DNA of 64,000 nucleotides from a virus (Duplodnaviria > Caudoviricetes): positions 64,001 to 128,000 of IMG/VR virus record IMGVR_UViG_3300010352_001405; one strand, 5' to 3'. Position numbers and translations under genes: made by a program. Below, in pieces: positions 10,788 to 21,329 of the stretch (the first letter of the stretch is position 1; each line of letters begins with the position of its first letter). The notes beneath the pieces were generated by a model. The model worked only from the letters and a program-made list of their open reading frames with translations. It made no database searches and had not been told where the DNA came from.

Positions 10788-11254
10788 TTAAATCTATCTA
10801 TTATTTTTATAGTCTTATTATCATAATCAATATCAACATCTTTTAAATTACTAGGTTTTATTGTCGGTGGTAGTCCGATTCCAGTATCTCTATTCGGATC
10901 TTTTTTAGTATCTTTATTTGGATTAACTAATTCATTAATAATTTCTTCTTGATCAGTTTTTGGTTGAACTTTTAAACCATTTAAATCGTCTTCATCTAAG
11001 AAATAAATAATACTTCCACCTTTTATTGACCAAGGATTTAATATGTTATTTATTGTCAATAATTCATCAATATAAGCAAAATTACCGTATATACTATAAC
11101 ATATTAAATCAATTCTCATAGCCTCTTCTTCTGAAACTATATATGGATAATAATTCAAAGTATCATCTATTACCAAAATAGGATCAACTATATCGGTTAG
11201 ATTATCTTGATTTTTCATTTTATCTGCTGTTTCTAAAGTATATAAATAACTCAT
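10784..11254 (-). CDS. Baseplate wedge protein (gp53/LysM-like)
   Basis: RIDLICYSIYGN..LLTINNILNPWSI; likely start MSYLYT at 11254. Confidence 0.6.
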   Translation of the reverse strand: MSYLYTLETADKMKNQDNLTDIVDPILVIDDTLNYYPYIVSEEEAMRIDLICYSIYGNFAYIDELLTINNILNPWSIKGGSIIYFLDEDDLNGLKVQPKTDQEEIINELVNPNKDTKKDPNRDTGIGLPPTIKPSNLKDVDIDYDNKTIKIIDRFK

Positions 11255-11300
11255 TAAATTAATTTTTATTTTATTTAAAACCAAAAGGGCTCCGCTTCTT

Positions 11301-12977
11301 TTATCCTGCACCACCACCACCAACTGTATCAACGTTTATGTAAGATCTAGCATCACTCGGTTGTGATTGATCTTGAGATACTCCGACCGTAGAATTAATA
11401 CCAGATGCCGTTGAATTATTGCTAGGTTCAGTCCCCCCATTCAACGAATTAATAGAATAAACTCTTTTATAACCATTATTAAACATTTTTTCCAATTCAC
11501 TCCTGCCTAAAGGTCTTCCTAATTCACAATCTATTTTAACGTCAATTCTGGCTGACATATCATTAAATCCTAAATCGTCACTCATTTTCACATCTACATT
11601 CTTAACAACTATATTTCCAATATTTATAATTGGGGAATACGGATTTCCTATAGTTAGATGCCATGGCGTAGTGTTTATACCGCACATTAAAGCTATTGAA
11701 CCTTTTAATGGCCATCTGAATTTAAAAACTGTACCAGCCAATAAAGTAGTAGAAATATTGTTTATGGCATCTCCAACACTTGCACTCGGGTCCGGCATTT
11801 TAAATCCTCCCGCTAATTTAGATTTCCCATCATTGTCAGTACCCCCTTTTTGTTTTCCATTAGTGTCAGCTTTAACTCCACCGCCTAAATCGTTCACAAA
11901 TTGGGTAACACCTTGAACAAAAGCATCTACCATGGCCTTTAAAAAATTAACAAAATTGTCTTTGCCATCAGAAGAAGATCCATTTACTGCACCGATTAAT
12001 TTTTGAAGAGCAGGACTATTGCCCAACATAAATCTTTGTTCTGATGTTCCCATTTTAAATAAATTACTGAGTATATCTAACATAGCCATACCAGGATCTA
12101 TTCCATTGATATATTTTTGTTCATATGATGTTTCTAAATTTAAATTTAAAGTTGATGATAAAGATTGTTGACCGCTAGTGTCTCTCATTTTTGCTGTTCT
12201 TAATACGTTTGGATCACCAGTCGGCACAAATGTCGCACTATAGTCATCAGTTAATCCCATAGCATTTAACATTCCCCATAATAGACCTTGAGACCAACCA
12301 GGAACGCTCATTATATTTTCGGCTCCTTTTATACCCATGTCCTTTAATATATTATTAATCACTTTATCTAATGTTTCTGTTTGATCTGTCCACACTTCAT
12401 TAAAACTAAAACTCAATAATTCTGAATCATCTTTTGGTTTTATCCAACCAATAACAGTAGATATCGGTTCGACTGCTTTTCCCCATGCTAATAAATTATT
12501 AGGTACTATTGCATTATCTGAAAATCTTCTAAGTATCCATAGTCTATTTATTGGATATACACCCAAATCCTTCAAATAAGCGAAATCGCCTGCTTTCAAT
12601 TTTAAAGCTTTTGTTTGTTGTGTAGTAAAATAATTTATTAAAGAAATATATGGATCCTCATTAGAATCATCGAACATATATACGTTATTCTTTAAATAAT
12701 TTATTATTTCTACAGTCCCTGATGTTTTTGGATTTTTATAAACCAAAATTGCACTTTCAGTGGCTGGATCTGTTTTATCTGTATTTTGTCCACTTTTAAC
12801 AAATTGACTTCCTTTTAAATCTAAATTAGTTGTATTTTTTTTTCTTGGTTTTATTTTTGATATTCTATTATAAATATCACCTTTGTTCATATCTCCGAGA
12901 CTACCATCCTCTTTAACGTTTCTATTATTGAAATTTTCCAAACCCGGGCTAAAAATAAATCCAATTTCTGAATGCAC
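11301..12977 (-). CDS. Putative tail/baseplate structural protein
   Basis: First gene of the structural operon behind a TAATATATA motif; GTG start; PWHLTIGNPYSP motif. Confidence 0.4.
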   Translation of the reverse strand: MHSEIGFIFSPGLENFNNRNVKEDGSLGDMNKGDIYNRISKIKPRKKNTTNLDLKGSQFVKSGQNTDKTDPATESAILVYKNPKTSGTVEIINYLKNNVYMFDDSNEDPYISLINYFTTQQTKALKLKAGDFAYLKDLGVYPINRLWILRRFSDNAIVPNNLLAWGKAVEPISTVIGWIKPKDDSELLSFSFNEVWTDQTETLDKVINNILKDMGIKGAENIMSVPGWSQGLLWGMLNAMGLTDDYSATFVPTGDPNVLRTAKMRDTSGQQSLSSTLNLNLETSYEQKYINGIDPGMAMLDILSNLFKMGTSEQRFMLGNSPALQKLIGAVNGSSSDGKDNFVNFLKAMVDAFVQGVTQFVNDLGGGVKADTNGKQKGGTDNDGKSKLAGGFKMPDPSASVGDAINNISTTLLAGTVFKFRWPLKGSIALMCGINTTPWHLTIGNPYSPIINIGNIVVKNVDVKMSDDLGFNDMSARIDVKIDCELGRPLGRSELEKMFNNGYKRVYSINSLNGGTEPSNNSTASGINSTVGVSQDQSQPSDARSYINVDTVGGGGAG

Positions 12978-13048
12978 TTTATTAAACTCTTTTTTCTTTA
13001 TATATTAAAAATAACGTTTGCTAAATTAAAATTTTAATATATAAACAC

Positions 13049-13570
13049 ATGATAAAAATATTTGAAAATTTTTTTAATGATATTATTGATTTAGATTTTG
13101 GTGATATTGTCACATATAGAGGAATAAGGAAGCATCATAAAAGAGATGAAAAAGCAATGGTAATGGGCATAAAGTATGATGAAAAAAACGGTCATGCTTA
13201 TTATAGAATTGAATTTTCGGACGGCGGTCAAAAAATATGTAGAGAACAACTTATACAAAAAAGAATTAAAAAAACATATGATGATATAAGGTTCGAATCC
13301 AAAATGAAAAAGAAACCGAGCTATTTATATTACAAAAATATAAATGATGAAACTGGAGGATTTTTATTCGTCAAAGAAAAACAGAAAAAGGAAATAGCTA
13401 GAAAAGAGAAAAAAAGAAAAGAAAGAGAAAAAAAGAGAGAAGAAATTAGATTAAAAATGTTAGATATAGATCCATATGGTGAAGAAGATTGGGGAATGGA
13501 TGATTATGATCCTGAATTAGATGGGCCTAGATGGATGATGAATTGGAGATTAAATTATCATTTGGATTAA
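13049..13570 (+). CDS. Hypothetical protein with CTS-like leader, SH3/KOW-like segment and DPYGEEDW motif
   Basis: MIKIFENF; FGDIV; DIDPYGEEDW. Confidence 0.6.
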   Translation: MIKIFENFFNDIIDLDFGDIVTYRGIRKHHKRDEKAMVMGIKYDEKNGHAYYRIEFSDGGQKICREQLIQKRIKKTYDDIRFESKMKKKPSYLYYKNINDETGGFLFVKEKQKKEIARKEKKRKEREKKREEIRLKMLDIDPYGEEDWGMDDYDPELDGPRWMMNWRLNYHLD

Positions 13571-13962
13571 TAATCTTTTAAAATTTGTGAATTATCAAAC
13601 ATATTTATATTAGTAAATATATCATTTTGAATTCTAATATCATCTTTAAATTCATCGAAAAACATCAATATATTAAAATTAGTGTCTGTTTTCAATATTT
13701 TTTTAATTTTTAATATTTCATTTACATCTAATTTTTCGTTTTGAAAGTTTGGAATATAATATATGTCTTTTCCTTTATTTAATGATTGTACTATTCTTGT
13801 ATAAATCATCAAATTAAAATAATCATTATATTTGTTGTCAAAAATTTCATTTTCTTCTAATGCGCTTTTTATATCTATTATAACTTTATTTTTTAAACGA
13901 TTCACTTTACAATATTTGTCCAATTTTTTTCTATTTTTACACATAACTATATAAAAATCCAT
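13567..13962 (-). CDS. Hypothetical protein
   Basis: 131-aa ORF with normal composition. Confidence 0.55.
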   Translation of the reverse strand: MDFYIVMCKNRKKLDKYCKVNRLKNKVIIDIKSALEENEIFDNKYNDYFNLMIYTRIVQSLNKGKDIYYIPNFQNEKLDVNEILKIKKILKTDTNFNILMFFDEFKDDIRIQNDIFTNINMFDNSQILKDY

Positions 13963-14051
13963 ACAACAAAATTATTTTACTTTATATATATTTAATAAAG
14001 AGTCCAAAGAAAAATAAATTTTTTTATTTAATAAAAAAGAATTGAATAGAA

Positions 14052-15674
14052 ATGTTAATAACGAAAGAAATTGAAGTAAAAATAACAAGACAAAATATCA
14101 ATCATTATAGAAAAATCGGAAAAAATGTTAATTTGAAAGATAATATTATGGTTAAACCAGAAGAGTTGCCAAAAAATTCTCATAAGATTTTAAAAGTTGT
14201 TTGTGATGTATGTGGTAAGGAATTGGATATGAAATGTCAAACTTATAATAAAAGATTATCTTGTTTAAATTATATTACGTGTAAAAAATGCAGCATTGAA
14301 AAAATTAAAAAATTAAATCTTATAAAATATGGAGTTGATAATTTTTTAATCACAGATGAATTTAAAAATAAATCAAATAAAACAAAAATAGAAAAATATA
14401 ACGATATAAATTATAACAACCCTGAAGAAAATAAAAAGACATGTTTATCGAAATATGGAAAAGAATATCCACTACAAGTTGAAGAATTTAAAGAGAAATT
14501 AAAAAAAACCAATTTTATAAAATATGGTAAAGAGTATTATTATAATATTGAAAAATTAAAAAAAACTTGTTTGGAAAGATACGGTGATACAAGCGCTATG
14601 AAAAATGAAAATATTAAAAAAAAGGCTATTAATATTAAAATGAAAAAAAGAATACCGTTATTATCGAAATATGGTATCGTCAATATAAATGAAAATAATG
14701 AATATGTTTGTAATAAAAATCACGTTTTTAATATGAATAAAGGAACCATATCTAGCAGATTGAATTACAAAACAATTTTGTGCCCGATTTGTAATCCATT
14801 GTACTCTAGTAATAGTAGCGGGTATCAAATTCAATTATCGAATTTCATTAAAGAAAATTATAATGACGAAATTTTAATAAATAACAAAAATATAATAGAT
14901 AAAGAAATAGACATTTATTTGCCAAAATTGAAATTGGGATTTGAATTCAATGGTCTTTTCTGGCATAATGAAATTGGAAAAGAAAAAAATTATCATTTAA
15001 ACAAAACAAATTTAGCGGAACAAAAAGGAATTAAACTCATCCAAATATACGAGGACGATTGGTTATATAAACAAAATATCATTAAATCCAGAATACTGAA
15101 TCTTTTAAATAAAACTCCAAATAAAATTTATGCTAGAAAATGTACAATAGAAGAAATCGAAAACAATAAATTAATTAGAGATTTTCTACAAAATAATCAT
15201 TTACAAGGATACATTGGTTCCAAAATAAAAATTGGACTTTTTTATAATAACGAACTCATTTCTTTAATGACTTTCGGTAATTTTAGAAAAGCTATGGGTC
15301 AAAAATCACTAGAACATTCATATGAAATGTTAAGATTTTGTAATAAACTAAATACTAATATTATAGGTGGAGCAAGTCGTTTATTTAAATATTTTGTAAA
15401 AAAATATAAACCAATTGAAGTAATTAGCTATGCTGATCGTAGTTGGTCTTCGGGTGATCTATACAAGAAATTAGAATTTATTCTAGTTAACAAAACCCAA
15501 CCTAATTATTATTATATTATTGACGGTATTAGAAAACATAGATTTGGTTTTAGAAAAGACATCCTTGTGAAAAACGGTGCAGATCCAAATAAAACAGAAC
15601 ACGAAATAATGTTGGATCGAAAAATATATAGAATATATGATAGTGGAAATTTGAAATTTATTTTTAAACAATGA
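14052..15674 (+). CDS. Putative homing endonuclease (KYG repeats, PD-(D/E)XK domain, Hef-like C-terminus)
   Basis: TCLxKYG repeats, EIDIYLP..GFEFNGLFWH, KIYARKC, SYADRSWS, RIYDSG. Confidence 0.7.
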   Translation: MLITKEIEVKITRQNINHYRKIGKNVNLKDNIMVKPEELPKNSHKILKVVCDVCGKELDMKCQTYNKRLSCLNYITCKKCSIEKIKKLNLIKYGVDNFLITDEFKNKSNKTKIEKYNDINYNNPEENKKTCLSKYGKEYPLQVEEFKEKLKKTNFIKYGKEYYYNIEKLKKTCLERYGDTSAMKNENIKKKAINIKMKKRIPLLSKYGIVNINENNEYVCNKNHVFNMNKGTISSRLNYKTILCPICNPLYSSNSSGYQIQLSNFIKENYNDEILINNKNIIDKEIDIYLPKLKLGFEFNGLFWHNEIGKEKNYHLNKTNLAEQKGIKLIQIYEDDWLYKQNIIKSRILNLLNKTPNKIYARKCTIEEIENNKLIRDFLQNNHLQGYIGSKIKIGLFYNNELISLMTFGNFRKAMGQKSLEHSYEMLRFCNKLNTNIIGGASRLFKYFVKKYKPIEVISYADRSWSSGDLYKKLEFILVNKTQPNYYYIIDGIRKHRFGFRKDILVKNGADPNKTEHEIMLDRKIYRIYDSGNLKFIFKQ

Positions 15675-15714
15675 TCAATTTAATCAATATATTTATAAAA
15701 ATAATCATTTTAAT

Positions 15715-16944
15715 ATGGCAAAACAAATGAAAAAAGATGATGGATTCAATTTTTCGAAAATATCTAATGTTATAGATAACTTATCAAAAAAATCAATGAT
15801 AACTATAGATAATTTAAAAAAAGAAAGATCTTATATAAACACTGGAATTTATATTCTTAATGCTCTTTTATCAAAAAGTATTTTAAAAGGAGGACTTAGT
15901 AAAAATAGATTTACTATACTCGTAGGACCTACTCAAACAGGTAAATCTTATATATGTTTAAATATAGTTAGAAACGCTCAAAAAGAAGGATATAACGTCA
16001 TTTATATAGATACAGAATTTTCTATTGAAAACAGCGATTTTGATATGTTTGGAATTGATGTATCAGATCAAAATAAATTTATGTTAATTAGAAGTAATAA
16101 AGTAGAAAATCTTAAAATATTCTTAGCCCAATTATTAGACGAATTAAAGAAACAAAAAGAAAAAGGCGAAGACGTTTCCAAAACTATTTTTGTCATTGAT
16201 AGCCTAGGAGCACTAGCATCAAAAAAAGAAGTAGACGACGCCATAAAAGGCAATGATAAACAGGATATGAGTAGAGCCAAACAGATTAAGTCATTGATGA
16301 GAATAATCATTGATGATTTGGGATATCTAGGTGTGCCTTTATTAGCGACTAATCATCAATACTTGAGTCAAGATTTATTTCCTGTAGCTATCCAAACTGG
16401 TGGAGAGGGTTTAAATTACTTGGCTTCTACTATAGTTTTCTTATCAAAAGCAAAACTTGAAGATAAGGATAGGGATGAATTATCGACAGGTTCAACCGGT
16501 TCCATAATCACAGCTTTATCTAGAAAAAATAGATTGGCAAAACCAAAAAAAGTAAAATTTGAAATTGATCACTCAAAGGGGTGTAATTCATATAAAGGAC
16601 TTGAATTCTTCTGTACACCAGAGAATTTTGAAAAAGTTGGCATAGCTAAATTAAAACCAGTCGTTGATAAAAAAACTGGAGAAATTACTTATGTGAGCGG
16701 TTCAAAATGGTATGTCAAACATTTAGATAAAACACTATTTGATAGTCAACTTTATAATGGTAAAGTATTTACTAAAGAAGTATTAGAATCATTAGAACCA
16801 ATTATATATGAGTATTTCAGATATGCATCATATGAGGAATATCAAAAAGAAATGGAAGCTTTAGATGATCAATATGCGGAATTTGAACAAGATGTGGATT
16901 TTGATATCGATGCCGACAATATGGATGATAAATTATTTACATAA
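15715..16944 (+). CDS. uvsX: RecA/UvsX-like recombinase
   Basis: Walker A GPTQTGKS, YIDTE, VIDSLG, DMSRAK, TNH, GGEG. Confidence 0.85.
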   Translation: MAKQMKKDDGFNFSKISNVIDNLSKKSMITIDNLKKERSYINTGIYILNALLSKSILKGGLSKNRFTILVGPTQTGKSYICLNIVRNAQKEGYNVIYIDTEFSIENSDFDMFGIDVSDQNKFMLIRSNKVENLKIFLAQLLDELKKQKEKGEDVSKTIFVIDSLGALASKKEVDDAIKGNDKQDMSRAKQIKSLMRIIIDDLGYLGVPLLATNHQYLSQDLFPVAIQTGGEGLNYLASTIVFLSKAKLEDKDRDELSTGSTGSIITALSRKNRLAKPKKVKFEIDHSKGCNSYKGLEFFCTPENFEKVGIAKLKPVVDKKTGEITYVSGSKWYVKHLDKTLFDSQLYNGKVFTKEVLESLEPIIYEYFRYASYEEYQKEMEALDDQYAEFEQDVDFDIDADNMDDKLFT

Positions 16945-16972
16945 AAAAAGAGGATTTTAAAGTCCTCTTTTT
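16943..16972. terminator. Bidirectional intrinsic terminator
   Basis: aaaaagaggat-tttaa-agtcctcttttt between convergent genes. Confidence 0.7.
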
Positions 16973-17022
16973 GTTTTTTGGTACAAAATGAAAATGAAAT
17001 AGATTAATAATAAGTTATTTAA

Positions 17023-17317
17023 TTAAAAAATTATTATATCATCATCATTTTTTTTAGATAATTCTATTAATCCCTTTTCTATAATATTGAAAAATTTTAT
17101 TATATTATCTGGTTCTCCTATAATATTGACATTATAATTAATTTTAATAACTCCGGATATTTTATTTATTTCGATGTTTACGTTACAATTTCTAGCTGCA
17201 TCATACAAATAATGTTTAAACGTATTTTTTATAGCGAAACCGACTGAAATGCGAAAACTGGTTGTTGTTAATTTCATTCAAATTATTAAAATCTTTGAAT
17301 TCTTTTAAATTATTCAT
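17023..17317 (-). CDS. Small hypothetical protein, apparently frameshifted from a CTS-like leader
   Basis: ATG at 17317 gives MNNLKEFKDFNNLNE; the 84-aa body 17023..17277 is in another frame. Confidence 0.45.
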
Positions 17318-17425
17318 ATATTTTTATTATTATATATTAAAGTAAAAAAATCAGTTTTTAAAACTTCGACGAATAAATTTGATAAAATAATTAATTATAG
17401 ACACTAAAAAAATAAGAGAAAATAT

Positions 17426-18163
17426 ATGAATGAAAATGAAGTAATGAATGCACAAACGGAGAAATTTTTCTTCACTTACATTTTAGACAATCCTACTCAA
17501 TTCTATAAAGTAGAACCTGGATTTTTTAAGAATGAAGATATACAATTTATTTATACTGTTGTAAGAGATGAATTTTTAGTAAGCAAAAATAAAAAAACAC
17601 CATCCCCACAACAAATTGTGGCAATGATAAAACTTCGAGATCCAGAAGAAAAAGTATCCAACAATGTTATCAAATCTATTCTTAAAAATGACAATTCTGT
17701 ACACGATCCAGAATGGTTAGAAAAAAGATTTAAGGCTTGGCGTATGTCAAATTTAATAAAAAACGCCACGTATCAAGGTATTGAAATGATTAGAAATTTA
17801 AAAGACATAGATTATGATAATGTATCTGATGTAGCAGCACAACTCAAATCTGTTTATGCTAATTTATCTTTACTTGAAGATGACGATGAAGATCTGGGAG
17901 CTGATTTCGATGACGCCGAAATGCATAAACAAGAAACATCTAAAAATAAAATATCATCTGGATGGGGAAATGTTGATGTTTTATTACAAGGAGGATGGGA
18001 CAAAGGAACTTTTAACGTATTAATGGGGGAGACAAACGTGGGTAAGTGTTGTATGGGAAAGACAATGGTTTCCATAAAAAATAAAAAAACTGGTGAAATA
18101 AAACAAATTAAAATTGGAGAATTTTATAATTTATTAAAACCAACATTTGTTTCACGTATATAA
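17426..18163 (+). CDS. Replicative helicase (DnaB/T4 gp41-like) N-extein plus 38-aa IntN
   Basis: ISSGW..VDVLLQGG..MGETNVGK|CCMGKTMV...stop. IntN is 18047..18160. Confidence 0.85.
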   Translation: MNENEVMNAQTEKFFFTYILDNPTQFYKVEPGFFKNEDIQFIYTVVRDEFLVSKNKKTPSPQQIVAMIKLRDPEEKVSNNVIKSILKNDNSVHDPEWLEKRFKAWRMSNLIKNATYQGIEMIRNLKDIDYDNVSDVAAQLKSVYANLSLLEDDDEDLGADFDDAEMHKQETSKNKISSGWGNVDVLLQGGWDKGTFNVLMGETNVGKCCMGKTMVSIKNKKTGEIKQIKIGEFYNLLKPTFVSRI

Positions 18164-18181
18164 TAATAAAAAAACTTAATT

Positions 18182-19303
18182 ATGGAATGTAAAATTTGTA
18201 ATAAAAAAGTTAATGGAACGAAAGGTTTATCGATACACTTAATCTTATCTCACGAAGTAAATATAAAAGAATATTATGATAAATATTTAAAAAAAGAAAA
18301 TGAAGGTAATTGTTATTTTTGTGGGAAACCGTCTATTTTTTTCAATATGACCAAAGGATATCATAGGATATGTGATTCTAAGGAATGTCTAGGAAAAACT
18401 AGGGCTACTGGAACATACGAATTTTTAATGTACAAATATAATTTATCTAAAGACGAATCTATAAAATTAATGAATGAAAGAGCTTTAGATAGAGGTAAAA
18501 AAATAAAAAGTGGTTTATGGAAATCTTTTGAAAAAAATGAAAACTTTTTTAAAGAAAAATCTAGACAAAGTATTAATTTTTGGTTAAAAAGAGGATATTC
18601 TGAAGAAGAATCTAATAAAATATCAAATGAAATACAAAAAAATATAATTGAAAAAACATCAAAAAAAAGACACGAAAATAAACATTTATATTTAGATGTT
18701 AATCCAACACAATTGGCATATTGGTTAAAAAGAGGATATAGCGATGAAGAATCCAAGAAGAAAATTTCAGATAGACAAAAAACATTTACTTTAGAAAAAT
18801 GTATAGAAAAACATGGTGAAATAGAGGGATTAAAAATATGGAACGAGAGACAAAGAAAATGGAGTGAAAAAATTGAAGAAAAATATAAAAATGGAGATTT
18901 TGTAAAATTTAGAAAAGATATGACTTCATCACCTGAAAATGAATTATTTAAATCTTTGGTAGAAAAATTAAATATTAAAGATAGATCATATTATGGGAAT
19001 AATCAATATTTTAGATATTTTAAAGAGATAGGAAGAACATTTTCTTATGATTTTGTTCATGATAGAAAAATAATAGAATTTAATGGTGATTATTGGCACT
19101 GTAATCCAAAATTTTATAATAAAAATTATTATCATAAATATTTACAAATGACAGCAGAAGAAATATGGGATAATAATAAAATAAAAAATGATATTATTAT
19201 AAAAGAAGGATACGAAGTTTTATCCATATGGGAAAATGATTATAAAAACAATAAAGAAAAAGTAATTCAAGAATGTATAGATTTCTTGAATAAAAAAGAA
19301 TAA
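18182..19303 (+). CDS. Vsr-like free-standing homing endonuclease inside the split helicase gene
   Basis: C2H2-like N-terminus, WLKRGYS repeats, YDF..IIEFNGDYWHCNP..GYEVLSIWE. Confidence 0.8.
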   Translation: MECKICNKKVNGTKGLSIHLILSHEVNIKEYYDKYLKKENEGNCYFCGKPSIFFNMTKGYHRICDSKECLGKTRATGTYEFLMYKYNLSKDESIKLMNERALDRGKKIKSGLWKSFEKNENFFKEKSRQSINFWLKRGYSEEESNKISNEIQKNIIEKTSKKRHENKHLYLDVNPTQLAYWLKRGYSDEESKKKISDRQKTFTLEKCIEKHGEIEGLKIWNERQRKWSEKIEEKYKNGDFVKFRKDMTSSPENELFKSLVEKLNIKDRSYYGNNQYFRYFKEIGRTFSYDFVHDRKIIEFNGDYWHCNPKFYNKNYYHKYLQMTAEEIWDNNKIKNDIIIKEGYEVLSIWENDYKNNKEKVIQECIDFLNKKE

Positions 19304-19311
19304 ATATAAAA

Positions 19312-20391
19312 ATGTTAAATAATTTTGAAAGAAAATTTATAGATACAATAGAAATAGAAGATTGGCAAGTAGAAACTGATACTGGTTGGTCTGATATAAA
19401 ATCAATTGGGAAAACAATAGAATATGATGAATGGACATTAAAAACTGATATGGGATTAGAATTAACTTGTGCAGACACTCATATAGTTTTTGATGAAAAT
19501 GGATATGAGACTTTTGTTAAAGATTTATATTCTGGTTGTATTATAAAAACTAAATCTGGTTTACAAAAAATCTTGTCTGTTAAAAAAACTGATAAAAAAT
19601 CGAATATGTTTGATTTGCAGTTAAATGATAAAAATCACAGATTTTATACAAACGACATATTAAGTCATAATTCAATGTGGCTCTACAATATCGCTTGTAA
19701 TGCTGCAAATCAAGGAAGAAACGTGGCTGTTATAACTGTTGAAATGTCTCAACGCAAAGTCATGAAACGTCTAGGCGCTATGAGATTGAAAATTGATGTT
19801 GACCAATATGATGATATTAGTAAAGATTCTGTATTTATTAAAAACAAAATAAATCAACTCAAAAATACAAATAATGGTTTATTCAATACTGAATCCCCTG
19901 GCAAAATATTTGTTAAAAAGTTTAATACTGGGGATTGCACAATAGTAGACATAGACAATTATTTAACTAAACTCGAAGAAATGAAGGGAATTGATTTAGA
20001 TTTGGTAGTAATAGATTATATCAACTTAATGTCAGTGAGTAAATTAAATAAAGACATATCTAATAATTTATATATGAAAGGAAAACATTTGGCTGAAGGA
20101 CTCAGGTATATTGCCGATAAATTCAACTTAGCGCTCATAACAGCGACGCAAGTAGATAGGGCCGTATGGGGAGCAAATGACATTAAATTACAGGATGTTC
20201 CTGAGTCTAAAGCTGTAGCCGAAACTGCAGATACTTTTTGGGCAATAATCCGTAATCAAGAAATGAAAAAACATAATAAATATAGATTAAAAATATTAAA
20301 ATTGAGGGATGGCGATCACAAAGAAGAAACAATTTTATTTGATTTTCATCCTAAATTTTTAGTAATTGAAAATGATATAATGGAAGCATAA
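19312..20391 (+). CDS. 120-aa IntC plus helicase C-extein
   Basis: LTCADTHIVF...FYTNDILSHN|SMWLYNIA; ITVEM, VVIDYINL, TATQ, ESKAVAETAD, KLRDG. IntC is 19312..19671. Confidence 0.9.
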   Translation: MLNNFERKFIDTIEIEDWQVETDTGWSDIKSIGKTIEYDEWTLKTDMGLELTCADTHIVFDENGYETFVKDLYSGCIIKTKSGLQKILSVKKTDKKSNMFDLQLNDKNHRFYTNDILSHNSMWLYNIACNAANQGRNVAVITVEMSQRKVMKRLGAMRLKIDVDQYDDISKDSVFIKNKINQLKNTNNGLFNTESPGKIFVKKFNTGDCTIVDIDNYLTKLEEMKGIDLDLVVIDYINLMSVSKLNKDISNNLYMKGKHLAEGLRYIADKFNLALITATQVDRAVWGANDIKLQDVPESKAVAETADTFWAIIRNQEMKKHNKYRLKILKLRDGDHKEETILFDFHPKFLVIENDIMEA

Positions 20392-20417
20392 AAAAGAGAT
20401 GTTTAAAACCTCTCTTT

Positions 20418-21245
20418 TTAGTATTTATTAAATTGTTCTATTTTACTAGCATCTATAAATTTTAATAAATCTATAAATCCGCAATAAATAAAAACTTCTT
20501 TTTCTTTTTCGTTTAATTTTGAATATATTTCCCCGGAAATTAAATCATAAATCACTTTATTTGATAATTTATCATATGGGGTTTTTATAAATTTATTTTT
20601 AAATAAATAAAATTTTAATTGATTAAGTCTGGCATATATTTCAGTTGGTTCACTTAAATATTTTATATATGATGTATCTTTTATAGCTGGAATATTCCAA
20701 TCATTACCTGTTATTTTTCTTATGATATATTCTTGTTTTTCTGGTGAATTTGTAAAATTAAATAATTTTACAAAATTTTCTTTGTTATTTGACATATCAT
20801 ATACTACGTGCATTAATTCATGATACATATTATCGGCGTTTGCTAGAGGATCCAATATCATAATATTATGATTAATTATAGCTGCCATTGTTTGAGTATT
20901 AGATATTTCTCTATCTATTGATCTAAAAAGATTATTACAAAATTCGTCGTTTTTTTTATAAAAAACTATTACGGAATCTAATTTTTTAATTATTTCATTT
21001 TTGTTATTTATCCAAGGATCATTAGATACTTTTCTTTTTGCTTCTTCTAGAACTCTTTTATATACGTAATTGTCATTGGCGATATTCAATGTTTTGGCAT
21101 AATTTTGAAAATAATTCATATCATATCTTTTTGGATTATCTCCTTTAATACTATTGAAAATTAAAGCAATATTTAACGCTAAAGTGGCAGCTTTATTCAG
21201 TGTCCCTTCATTTAAATTATTATAATCTTCAAAATTTTTTATCAT
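20418..21245 (-). CDS. Zincin-like metalloprotease with CTS-like leader
   Basis: HELMH and downstream YLSEPTEIYAR; MIKNFEDYNNLNE. Confidence 0.55.
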   Translation of the reverse strand: MIKNFEDYNNLNEGTLNKAATLALNIALIFNSIKGDNPKRYDMNYFQNYAKTLNIANDNYVYKRVLEEAKRKVSNDPWINNKNEIIKKLDSVIVFYKKNDEFCNNLFRSIDREISNTQTMAAIINHNIMILDPLANADNMYHELMHVVYDMSNNKENFVKLFNFTNSPEKQEYIIRKITGNDWNIPAIKDTSYIKYLSEPTEIYARLNQLKFYLFKNKFIKTPYDKLSNKVIYDLISGEIYSKLNEKEKEVFIYCGFIDLLKFIDASKIEQFNKY

Positions 21246-21295
21246 ATTATTATATATAATTTTTTTAATTATATATTTTTTTGAAAATGTTAAAT

Positions 21296-21325
21296 AAAAA
21301 AACCCTCTAATTAAAGGGTTTTTTT
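21296..21325 (-). terminator. Intrinsic terminator downstream of nrdJ
   Basis: aaaaaaaccct-ctaattaa-agggttttttt. Confidence 0.65.
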
Positions 21326-21329
21326 ATTT

